From Fidelibacterota bacterium (GTDB taxonomy: Bacteria > Pseudomonadota > Alphaproteobacteria > Rhodospirillales > Rhodospirillaceae), in NCBI GenBank assembly GCA_947476065.1, contig CANJPG010000006.1:6507-70506 (forward strand): a stretch of 64,000 bases of DNA, in the 5' to 3' direction. The translations under genes were made by a program, and so were the position numbers. The notes beneath the pieces were generated by a model. That model was not told the origin of the DNA, ran no database searches, and saw nothing but the letters and a program-made list of their open reading frames with translations. Positions 7,210 to 16,820 of this stretch are shown one piece after another (the first letter of the stretch is position 1; the number at the start of each line of letters is the position of its first letter).

Positions 7210-10176
7210 CTAGAGCGCATCGCGGCCCTGAGGGCCAACATGGGTTCGCTTCAAGTGATGGATATTCAACAAACGTGTGAGTCCGCGTTGCCGGATACTC
7301 ACTTTAAAGTGGTCCATAACAATCGCCGCCAGGACCCTATGCCCCGCATCGTTCATATGTGCGGGATCGACGAACAGCCATTCATTGGTTTGGAAGTGCG
7401 GAGCTTCGTCCATGTCCACGAACGCAATACCATGCTTCTCGCAGAGCGACCGCGCATCTTTGCGGAAGAGTTTTGCCAGGGCTTGATGCAGGTCGCTGTT
7501 GGGCTCCTTTAAATTTCCCGGCATCGCATAAAATAACCGCGCTAATTCCTGCTCGGCGGCATGAAGCCGTTTGCCGCAGGTTTGCAGCGATGGTTGTACC
7601 GCAAACACCAAATTCCGCGCGCGCGACCCAAATACGCGGCGCAGCAATATGAGCTCGCGCTCAAGCAATACTCGCATTTGAGCCCGGCGCTGGGCAAAAT
7701 CGGTCTTGTCGGATTTTGGCATTCCGCCCAGCGTTTTCTCGAAGCGGCGTTGCATCGCATAGGGAAGAAAATTCCTGTGGTCCGCTGTTGTCGCCGCAAT
7801 CGACAAAAATACGCTGCCCGTTATCCAGACCACATGGTCAATGTCGAGGGGCGCAAAAAGCTCGGCCGCCAGGCGCTCTTGGGTAAGGGTCGTTTGTCGA
7901 AGGGCAAGCGAGAGCCACGTCGTCTTCGGCATGAGCTCATTCAGCGCATTGTGCACGACCTTGGTGTCGTGGGTTGCGCCGGTGCCCCACGAAACACTGT
8001 TGCCGATGACAATTCCCTTCTCGCCGGACAGATTGGCAAATTCGGCGCGCGATATTCTCGCTCCGTCCTTGAATGACAACCTGAATCCCATGTCACCGGT
8101 ATTGGCCGACGGCGACGCGAAGTCGCCGGCCGGCGCACACATAATGTACGGCACAGGCAGGAGTGCTACGCGATCGCTGTCGGCAAACTGCGGTGAAAGC
8201 TCAGTCCGTCGCATCCGCGCGTCGGCAAGCGTGCGATTTGTAGACGGCGGCGCTGCCGTTGGTTCGGCAACGGGATGAGCGGCGATGACGGTCGCCAACG
8301 CTAATATAGAATTATAGTTCGAAGCGTCTAAGACAACGGCGTCCGGGATGGAATGACCAAAAGCGCTTTCGAGCTCTGCGAGAAGCTCAATGAAAGACAA
8401 GGAATCGACAAGGCCAAGTTCAAAAAAGGACTCATCGTCGGCCAAAATCCCCGGATTTTTATTGGCCCGCAATATTGTCGTTCTAACGGCCGCGCGCACG
8501 CGATCGAGAATGGTGTCGGCATCCCTTGGCGCAGGACCCGAAGCAGCCAAGTCTGACGGCGCAGCTTCGGCGGCCTGATCGATCTCTTCGAGGTAGCGCG
8601 TGCGATTGAGTTGACGCGAGATTTTGCCCGAGGTTGTTTTCGCAAGCCACATATGAGGTTTGATCCGCACGTCGCGGGCCGCCACGTCCGTCAGTGACAA
8701 AATTCTGCGCGAAATCTCGCTCGAAAGCGCCGCAACACTCTGGGCCGACGTTTCGGCGGATTCCGCGACTACCACGAGACCTTCTGTACCCAGCGCAACA
8801 TCGGGAACTCCGAATGCAAGGCTGCGCCCCGGAATGACTCCGGGCACGTCATCGACCACCGCCTCGATGTCCTGGGGGTACAGGTTGCGCCCGGCAACAA
8901 TGATGATGTCCTTCTCCCGGCCGAGCACATAGAGCTCGCCGCCCGATAGAAATCCGGTATCGCCCGTGAGGAAGTGGTGCTCCCTAAATTCGGCGCGCAC
9001 GTCACCGATGTAGTGCGTAAAAAGGAAAGGGGTTCTGACGGCGATTTGCCCCAAATTATTCTCAAGCAACGGCTGAAAATCCGGATTCAGGATCCTCACG
9101 GAGACGCCCTCGAGCGGGCGCCCCGAACTTGTCAGCAGGCGTTTGCCGGCCCCTTCAACATCAGCATTGATGACTGAGCCGGGCCCACTGCCCGTGGATG
9201 TGACGGCAAAAACTGATTCCGCCATGGCATAACACGCGCCCAGCGTCGCCGGCGCAACGCCGTCAAGCGTGTAGGATTTCAGGAAGGCTTTGTGGCTTTC
9301 GGAAAGTACGGGCTCGGAGCAATTGATCCAAAGGCGAACGGACGACAGGTCGATCGATTTTCCGGCAACGCGCGTAAGAAATTTATAGGCAAAGTTCGGT
9401 TGCCAGCACAGCGTCGCGCCATGGCGCGCTATCGCCGTCAATAGGAGTGCGGGGCGTCTCACCCAGTCAAAAGGTGACAGCGCAATCACCGCTATGCCCT
9501 TTAAAAGAGGAATGAAGAACGCCGTGATAAGGCCCATGTCGTGGTACAGCGGCAACCAGCTGGCAATGCGGTCACGCGGTGTTAGATCAAGGGAGCTGGC
9601 GTAGGCGTCGAGCTGATTCAGCAACATGCGATGGGTGATGCCAACGCCCTTCTTCAGCCCCGTAGTTCCCGACGAGTACTGAATGAAAGCGATGTCATCG
9701 GGTTTAGGCGGGATGGCGGGAATACTCGCGCCAAGCTCGACATCGTCCATGATTATATGCGGCGCGATCACGGTGTAGTCGGCGGCCAGTGCGGAGAAGT
9801 CGGCGTCGTCGCAAATCAGGAACCGGCAACCGCTTTGCGCTAACAGCGTCAGAAAGATTCTTTCCTGTTCGTCCTTTTTCTGCTTCACCGAACGCGGCGC
9901 GAAAGACGATGGTACGCCTCCGGCCGCCATTACACCCAGGAAACTGCTATAAACATGCGCCGCGTGGTCCAGGCAGATGGCCACGCGTTCGCCGGGACGA
10001 AGGCCGCGCTGGAGCAGCGTTGCCGACCACTTTCCCACCTCGGAACACAGATACTCGGGCGTCAGTCCCTGTTCCGATCCGTCCGCGTGGACCAGGGTTA
10101 CCCACGGCTCCTGTTGGGCACGCGCAGCTGCGGCGGCGAAAAATGTTGGGACAACGAGGTGCTCGTTCAAAGCCAC
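7210..10176 (-). CDS. tri-domain protein: fatty-acyl-AMP ligase-like adenylation domain + acyl/peptidyl carrier domain + C-terminal SGNH/GDSL-like domain
   Basis: 988-aa ORF with a GTG start and GGAG 5 nt upstream. The N-terminal domain has the AMP-binding motifs IQYSSGTTGLKKGV and WLPLYHDMGL (FAAL-like). The middle has a carrier-protein Ser motif (FFELGLVDSLSFIELLAELE). The C-terminal roughly 330 aa carry GNSVSWGTG (block I-like Ser) and VDPAHMNDAGH (DxxH block V-like). Confidence 0.8.
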   Translation of the reverse strand: MALNEHLVVPTFFAAAAARAQQEPWVTLVHADGSEQGLTPEYLCSEVGKWSATLLQRGLRPGERVAICLDHAAHVYSSFLGVMAAGGVPSSFAPRSVKQKKDEQERIFLTLLAQSGCRFLICDDADFSALAADYTVIAPHIIMDDVELGASIPAIPPKPDDIAFIQYSSGTTGLKKGVGITHRMLLNQLDAYASSLDLTPRDRIASWLPLYHDMGLITAFFIPLLKGIAVIALSPFDWVRRPALLLTAIARHGATLCWQPNFAYKFLTRVAGKSIDLSSVRLWINCSEPVLSESHKAFLKSYTLDGVAPATLGACYAMAESVFAVTSTGSGPGSVINADVEGAGKRLLTSSGRPLEGVSVRILNPDFQPLLENNLGQIAVRTPFLFTHYIGDVRAEFREHHFLTGDTGFLSGGELYVLGREKDIIIVAGRNLYPQDIEAVVDDVPGVIPGRSLAFGVPDVALGTEGLVVVAESAETSAQSVAALSSEISRRILSLTDVAARDVRIKPHMWLAKTTSGKISRQLNRTRYLEEIDQAAEAAPSDLAASGPAPRDADTILDRVRAAVRTTILRANKNPGILADDESFFELGLVDSLSFIELLAELESAFGHSIPDAVVLDASNYNSILALATVIAAHPVAEPTAAPPSTNRTLADARMRRTELSPQFADSDRVALLPVPYIMCAPAGDFASPSANTGDMGFRLSFKDGARISRAEFANLSGEKGIVIGNSVSWGTGATHDTKVVHNALNELMPKTTWLSLALRQTTLTQERLAAELFAPLDIDHVVWITGSVFLSIAATTADHRNFLPYAMQRRFEKTLGGMPKSDKTDFAQRRAQMRVLLERELILLRRVFGSRARNLVFAVQPSLQTCGKRLHAAEQELARLFYAMPGNLKEPNSDLHQALAKLFRKDARSLCEKHGIAFVDMDEAPHFQTNEWLFVDPAHMNDAGHRVLAAIVMDHFKVSIRQRGLTRLLNIHHLKRTHVGPQGRDAL

Positions 10177-10641
10177 AGAGACTCCAGACAGAACATCGGG
10201 CTCAAAACGCCGGCCCGCACGCTTGATTTAAACTAAGCCACTGATTTACTGCAGCAACCTAGCCCGATCCCTGGCACTACCCGGTTTTCCTAGGTCAGCA
10301 AGGCGAACCTGGGAAAATGAGCACTCCACCGTAGCTTTAGCGAAGGCAGGCGGGTTCCAAAACCTCTTTCTTAAGACCCTGGAGTCCGGCGCGAGATGCG
10401 CATCGGATTTTTTGTCTATCGCATCGCACAAAAGTCGTGGCTTACCGGGCCCGGGGGGAGGCCCATGGGGTTTACGCTGCGTTGAGTCCGCCGTCAAAAA
10501 AGCGGCCTAAATCCTTTGTGGTCGGGGGATGCCTATGACGTCCGCTAAAGTTCGTCTTTCGTCGCAGGCTCGGACTTTGGGTACCGCCGGTACATTCATC
10601 GGCGTCGTCCCAGATATCTACAAGGGCACGCCAAGCTTGGA

Positions 10642-11187
10642 CGCGCGGCACTCGCCGGCACAAAATTCAACTACAGCTCCGGCGAGACGCAAGCGGGTGC
10701 CGAGATGCTGCGCGGCGCCATCAAGAAACCGCTGGCGACATATTTGTCCGAGAAGATCTGGTCCAAGTACGGCATGGATGCGCCGGCTACCTGGTGGCTC
10801 GCATCCCCGGGCGGCATTGAAATCGGCGGCAGCGGCTTCAGCGCCACCTTGCGCGACTACGCGCGCTTCGGCTTGTTCATCATGAACGGTGCCCTCATCA
10901 ACGGCCAATCCATCCTGCCCGAAGGCTGGCTCGCTGAAGCAACCCCGTCCAAAACCCTCATCGGCGGGGCCTCCATAAATTACGGCTACTGCTGGTGGAT
11001 TCCGCCGGGCGGCCCGTCGCGCGAGGCCGGTGCGTTCTATTCGAACGGCATCGAGGGGCAGAACATCTCCATCAATCCCAAGGAAAAACTCGCGATCGTC
11101 ATGTGGGGCGCGCAATCGAAGCCCGGCGGCGTTGCCCCGATCAACACTTTCGATTTTTTCGACAGCGTCGTCGCGGCTTTGAAATAA
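10642..11187 (+). pseudogene. 5'-truncated serine hydrolase / beta-lactamase-family fragment (C-terminal part only)
   Basis: ORF 10705..11187 plus in-frame upstream codons read ..AGTKFNYSSGETQAGAEMLRGAIKKPLATYLSEKIW.., the Y-S-x region of class C-like serine hydrolases. No segment bearing an SxxK motif was found upstream. The frame is closed by TAA at 10546-10548. The 5' boundary is approximate. Confidence 0.6.
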
Positions 11188-11206
11188 CGAATCCGTCAGA
11201 AAGCGG

Positions 11207-12016
11207 TTAATGGTCCCCGATCCAGAGTTTGAACTCCTGGCCGCTCGCCACGACCAATTGATGAAGCCTGTCTAGCAGCGCCGGAGTCATCTGGGTGCCG
11301 CCTTCAACGAGAAGGCCGAAGTTGGGGTCGTAGATGTTCTCGGCCAGAACCGTGCCGACGGGAATTTGCGTCATTGGGCTTTCGCGCTTATTTTGGGGTC
11401 TTGGCGGCGGGCCGGTCCGTCTCTGATTGAGTCCCGTCGCTTCTTGGCGAATTTTCTGCAAACACTCTTGGAACTGCTGGCGCTTTGCTAATCGGCTCAT
11501 CCACATGACCCATGAGATCGGGGGGGATATGTGTTCGTTGTCCGCCGCTGAACCATCGACGCCTCCGACGGCGTGATAGTATCCGGCGGGTCTCAAGTCG
11601 ATATTGCGCCCCATTGCGGAATCGATGGCTCTGACAAGGTGATGAAATGACACCGGCTTTACGACATAGCCGTGAAGGTCGAGCGCCAACGCTGAATGAA
11701 CTCTTTCGGACTCGGCGTGCACTGTCAGCATGATGAAGGGAGTTTCCGGCGCCGTGAATTCGGCGTTTCTGGTGCGGATCGTACGAAGGAATTCGAGTCC
11801 ACTGATAGGCCCCATGCTCCAGTCGCTGATAATGCAGTCGACTTGACCGCCGGCTTTGGAGAGTACGTCGAGCGCCTCACGACCGCTTTCTGCCTCCAAG
11901 ATATTCTTCGCATGTAATCGCAACAGCATGCTCCGCAACGTCTTGCGGATGAACAGCTTGTCGTCGGCGACGAGAAACCTAATGTTGCTGAAATTGCGTT
12001 CATAGTTGGTGGTCAT
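11207..12016 (-). CDS. response regulator (REC domain) with uncharacterised C-terminal region
   Basis: 269-aa ORF. The receiver motifs are RFLVADDKLFIRK, IISDWSMGPISGLEFL and YVVKPVS. Its start overlaps the stop of the upstream kinase (ATGA at 12013-12016). Confidence 0.8.
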   Translation of the reverse strand: MTTNYERNFSNIRFLVADDKLFIRKTLRSMLLRLHAKNILEAESGREALDVLSKAGGQVDCIISDWSMGPISGLEFLRTIRTRNAEFTAPETPFIMLTVHAESERVHSALALDLHGYVVKPVSFHHLVRAIDSAMGRNIDLRPAGYYHAVGGVDGSAADNEHISPPISWVMWMSRLAKRQQFQECLQKIRQEATGLNQRRTGPPPRPQNKRESPMTQIPVGTVLAENIYDPNFGLLVEGGTQMTPALLDRLHQLVVASGQEFKLWIGDH

Positions 12017-15000
12017 GTTTGCGCACCCGTTTTGTAGACATCAATAAAATCGGCAACGCGGGCGAGTTCAGCCGGGATGCGCCGCATTACCCGGGCAACG
12101 CTGCCCATGTCTCCGGCCTTGGCGCTCAATTCCAGACTCTCATAAAGTTCGCCCAGAGCGGTGGCGCCCGCGCTTTGGGCCTCGCCTCTGGCGCCGTGCG
12201 CCGCCAGACCGAGTTCGGCCGTATTGCTGTCGCTTGCGTTGGTCTCGACGTGCTTCCAGGATGTCCAGGCCACACTGCTGAAGTCCTTCAGGTGACCAAC
12301 AACGACCTTGCGGTCGTCGGTTGCCATCAGCTCAAAGACCGCGGCCAAATGAACCGGACCCGTCGGGCGCGCCAGCGCGGCCGCATCGGGGCCGCCGCCC
12401 GAAACAGCGGGCGCCGCGTCGGCGCACAGCCATTGCAGCAAGACCGCAACCAGGCGCGCCATGATGACCGGCTTGCTGATGAAGTCGTCCATGCCGGCGT
12501 TGAAACAGGTTTCCATGTCTTCGCGGAAGGCGTTCGCCGTCATCGCAATCACCGGCATATGTGCACCGTCTGCCCCGTCCAGTTCGAGCCGGCGCAGAGC
12601 ACGCGTAAATTCATAGCCGTTCATTTTCGGCATGGAGCAATCGCACAACACGGCATCAAAGTGTTCGACGCTTTTGATTTTTTCGAGGCCTTCCAGGCCG
12701 TTCGCGGCAATAGCGCAGCTGATGCCCAGTGCCGTTAGCTGGCGCTTAATGACGGTCTGATTAACCAGGCGGTCCTCGACGACTAAAAGGGGCTTGCCGA
12801 CAAGCGCCGTGCGGTCGGCGAAGTCAACGCGATGCCCGCGCGCAAGTCTTGTAGACGCTTTCGTCGTTCCTCCTAATATCCGGCGAATGTTGCGATCGAA
12901 TGGCGGTTCAACGGATGAGTCAACCAGGAGATAGGATGCGCCGGCATGCAAGGCCCTGCGCCAATCCGGTGCCGCGCCTGCGCTCCCGGCGATGATCGGC
13001 ACCGCGCCCAACTCGCGAAGGGTTGCAGCCACCTCAGCAGCTGGCCACGCGGATCCCTGCAAGACGTGAATCGCAAGGTCGATATGCTCGCCGTTCAAAA
13101 GCGACTTTCGGCCGATCACAAGTGCGGCCTCGGAATCTTCAGCCATCAGCACAGTCGCGCCGCGGGCTTGAAAATAAGCCAGCAGCTCCCGCGGCTGCTG
13201 ACTCGACGGCGGCGCGATGAACAAAACCGTGCGGTGACTTAGGTCCGTGCGTGGTCCTGTTTGCTCCGGGGTCACCACCGGCGCCGGCAGGGTGAACCAG
13301 AACGTTGCCCCGCCGCCCGGCACGCCGTCGCAGCCGATCTCGCCCCCGAAGGTCTCAACCAAGCGCCGGCAGATCGACAAACCAAGGCCGGTGCCTTCGG
13401 TCATGTCGCTCGAACTCTTGTTGTCCTGGGTGAATGGTTCGAACAACTCGTCCGCTTTCGCGGCGTCGAAACCTCTGCCGGAGTCGTGAACGGCAAACAG
13501 CAGATGACAGATATCACCGTCCCACGCCTTGACGGAAAGACGCATATGCACGCCACCTGCAGCCGTGAACTTTACGGCGTTGCCGAGCAGATTGAGCAAG
13601 ATTTGGCGTATGCGGGTGGGATCGCCCTTGATGGTGGCCGGTACGCCCGCGCCAACCGAGGCGCTAACCTGTATGCCCTTTTGCCGAGCGCGGCTCTGGA
13701 CAATGTCGACGGCTTCCTGGATGACGAGGTCGGGCTCTACATCGACATTTTCGACCGCAAGCTTGCCCGCCTCGATCTTGGAGAAATCGAGCACGTTACC
13801 GATGAGGGCCAATAGCGATTTGGCGGCCTTATCGGCGTCGAACAGCAGTTCTTCCTGCTCCGGCGCCAGATCAGACTGCGCCAGCAATTCAAGGTTACCG
13901 ATGACGCCGTTCAGAGGTGTGCGTATTTAATGACTCATACTGGCAAGGAATTCGGACTTGGACCGATTGGCGGCGGTGGCCGCGGCCGTCGCGCTGGTTT
14001 CGCGCTCTCTTGCATGTTTCTGAGCATTCAGCGCCTGTTTCGCTTGCTGGGTCAAAGTCACGCCCGCTATCGCCAAAATGACGATGCCAAAGGCCTCGGC
14101 AAGGCGTACCAGCAGAAGTATCTTTTCCTGACGTGCCGCCTGCTGTTCGAGCAAGGCGTCCTGCTCGGCGTCCATTAAGCCGATGGTGGCGCGAATTTGA
14201 TCCATCAACGACGCGCTTTCGCCGCCTCTGAACAATGCGGCCGCCGCCGCGGCGTTCATTGTGCGCGCGATAGCAAGCGATCCCCGCAATTCCACAAGTA
14301 TGGCGTCTACCCGCACACCGATCTCGTCGAGGTGCTGGCGCTGTGGTGTGTTGTTGCGGGCCTGGTCATTGATGTCGCGTAGAGAGCCGTCGAGAGTCGC
14401 GGCTGCGTTTTCGAAGTACGTAACGTACTTTTCCTCACCGGTCAGAAGAAACCCGCGCTGCCCGGCCTCGGCCCCTTCTAGCGACGTCAGCATGCGCTCG
14501 ACGTCGAACTGGGATTCACGAATCTTCGCCGTCACGTTGATCGAAGATCGAATTTGCTCTTCGCCCCAAAACGACGCGCAAATTATAACCACGAGCGTTA
14601 TGAACGCTCCGGTCAACATTGGCAGACTGAACGGCAATTCTGAACGCGTGAACATGTCGCGACGAATGACCACGGCCATGATGCCGTGGTGAGGATGGGT
14701 CCAAAGCAAACCGAGCGATAGGATAAGACAGACGGCTGCGCTGTGCAGACCCACGGGGAAATATCTGGCGATGGCAATCGCAGCAATCACGGCGGCGCTC
14801 AGGGCGCAAATTTGGCCAACGGACACCAACCTTCGGCTGGGGCCGGCCAAGCATATGAGGGCGGCCCCAAGGAAGAAAAGGCAAAGCGCAGTATTGGGCG
14901 CCATTTGATTGGTGACGGATGAGGTATGCTCGGCGAGCTGTCTCGTGAACAAGAGACGATCGATGCCGATATTCACGTGGGAGAGAAGCTCGATAAATTT

Positions 15001-15435
15001 TCCCATGCCGACGGCCGCAACGATTACTCCGATGAAACGGCTTAGCGAAACCATCACCGAAAAGCCGTGCCGTGCCGCGTATGTCAGGCCGATCAGAGCG
15101 AGTCCGAGGAGAGCAAGGCAGGCCGCCGTCGCCGGATTCATGGCGACCTGCAGAGGCAGGACCCGCTTCAGGGCTTCGATGTTGATGATCCAGCCGGTCA
15201 GCGCGATTGCGCCAATGACCGCAGCGCAGACCCCGGCGATAAGCGGAACTGCGCCGGGCGTTGCGCGGCTCGTCGGGAGCGCGGACTCACGTTCCTGGGC
15301 TATCTGGTCTAAGACAGCAACGGTTAAGAAGTCGGCCATCTGCATTGCTCCTAACTTGCTCGTGCACATCAAGATTTTTCGAAGAGTGGAAAAGGCGCGC
15401 GCACCTTCCCATAGCAGCGTTTGCCGCGCCCACAC
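12013..15435 (-). pseudogene. hybrid sensor histidine kinase (multi-TM, CHASE3, HisKA, HATPase, pseudo-receiver, REC, Hpt) interrupted by a single in-frame TAA
   Basis: ORFs 13927..15435 and 12013..13887 are in the same frame. Across the junction the minus strand reads FLASMSH-TAA-IRTPLNGVIGNLELLAQSDL, an H-box with a stop where Glu is expected. CHASE3-like GAEAGQRGFLLTGEEKYVTYF is present. HATPase motifs GNAVKFT, DSGRGF and GTGLGLSI are present. REC has LLVVEDRLVNQ..CDCSMPKMNG..ISKP. Hpt has AAHGARGEAQSAGA. The N-terminal start is uncertain. Confidence 0.85.
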
Positions 15436-15923
15436 CGCAGCGGTTGTAGGCAGCTAACTTAGCCGCCAACGTGCAAAGCGTCTGAAGGTTGCAAAGAGAT
15501 TGCGACCTCGCTCACAGAGCTATTGCCGGCCTTAGCCCCCGCGCGTCAGGTAGATGGCAAATGCGCCGGCGGGCAGCAACTATTCGGTGATCCCGGTGCT
15601 TATAACGACAGAGGAATCACATTCCGCCGCCGCTTCAGCCCAGAGGGTCAGGACGTGTCTCAGAACCACAGCGCTCGAACTACCGTCGAAATGAGAAACC
15701 CGGCTACGCGCCCATATCTAGCTGCGGGGTCACGCCGTGTGAAGGCCAACGACGACGATGCAATTGATCTCAAACAGTCCATGCAGTGGCTCGAAATCCT
15801 TCAAGGAGAGCTGCATGCCCAATGCTCAGGGCAAAGCCTTTTGTAGCAAACGTTATCTTGCCGCGAATTGCGGTCACCCTGGGTATGTGCGCCCACGGCT
15901 AAGCCCTTGTTATACCGATTTTG

Positions 15924-16673
15924 TTACCGTCCCTTTGCGTATTTTGTATCCACGCGCGTGATCGAGCCGTCGCCCCGATTGAGCGTCCATACCGAGTTGC
16001 CGCCCGCAGTCAGGAACCGCGGCTGCGGGCCGACGGCGACTGTCGCAACGATGGTGTCGCTGGCGGGATCATCGGCGATCAACTGGCTGTCCTTGAAAGC
16101 CTAGACCCAGATCAGGCCGTCAGCGAACAGAGGATTATAGGAGCCGGCGGGCAGCTGGATTTTCTGGCGCACGGTATTTGTCGCGGGATCGATCCGCACC
16201 AGCGTGCCCATTTGGTCGGTCACCATCCAGACGCTGTCCGGACTGGCGGTGATGCGGCCTTCGGATTCCGCCGGGGCAAGGGGCAGAACAGTAGAGATCT
16301 GGGCGCTGACGAGGTAAATGCGTGCAAGGCCCGGTGTGTCGCCGCACACCGGCACCCAGAAGCTGCCAAAGACAGCCGCGAGGTTCGAGCAGGGCTTGCC
16401 CGCCACCGCGACCGTCGCGGTAATCTGGTTGGTGGCGGCGTCGACGCGATTGACGAGATTTTTAGGTGAGTTGCTGATCTAGACGCTGCCGCCGGTCAGC
16501 ATCATCCAGTCGGGAAACCCGCCGAGTTCTATGGTGTGCGCGAGCTTCAGCGCCGCGACTTTTTCCTGAGCGCCCGGAATGCCGGGCTTCGGCGGACCTT
16601 TGACGGCCTCGGCGGCCAGCGCGGCCGCGGAACAAACCATCAGCCCCATCAGCACCGAAATTTTTTTCATCAC
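15924..16673 (-). pseudogene. decayed secreted beta-propeller-repeat protein gene (in-frame TAG, TAG, TAA; 3' part degraded)
   Basis: The signal peptide VMKKISVLMGLMVCSAAALAA is followed by repeats of the type G.VW...RIDPATN.V..T..V. In-frame stops lie at 16479-16481 (TAG where Trp is expected in GGSV-*-ISN), at 16101-16103 (TAG) and at 15924-15926 (TAA). No coherent frame continues downstream. Confidence 0.7.
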
Positions 16674-16820
16674 TTACCCAGGCTTCGGCTTTACCAACTC
16701 TAGCGGATATCGGGCCGGCGGCGTACGGTCTTGCAAAAGGGCTTCGCATAGATCGGTGCTAGGTACATTTAATCCCGGTACTTTTGATTCCAGCACTGCG
16801 AATAATCCAAGGAAACTTTA

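Noticed and set aside
13927-16481. Possibility that the in-frame TAA/TAG codons reflect stop-codon reassignment or programmed readthrough
   Set aside because: Neighbouring intact genes terminate normally, and TAA and TAG serve as genuine stops for several of them. The lesions are confined to the decaying accessory region. The beta-propeller gene also loses its frame downstream. Ordinary nonsense mutations (TGG to TAG, GAA to TAA) explain them.
7170-16800. Classical integrase-bounded genomic island at tRNA-Leu
   Set aside because: No integrase, recombinase or transposase ORF is present. I could not find a direct repeat of the tRNA 3' end at the distal boundary by eye. It is reported only as a decaying accessory stretch.
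16674-16820. Cobalamin or Ni/Co riboswitch upstream of the HupE-like gene
   Set aside because: The leader is only about 147 nt. I could not find the B12-box or the conserved GGGAA/GCCACUG-type elements. Only a short imperfect GGTGCT/AGCACT pairing is present.
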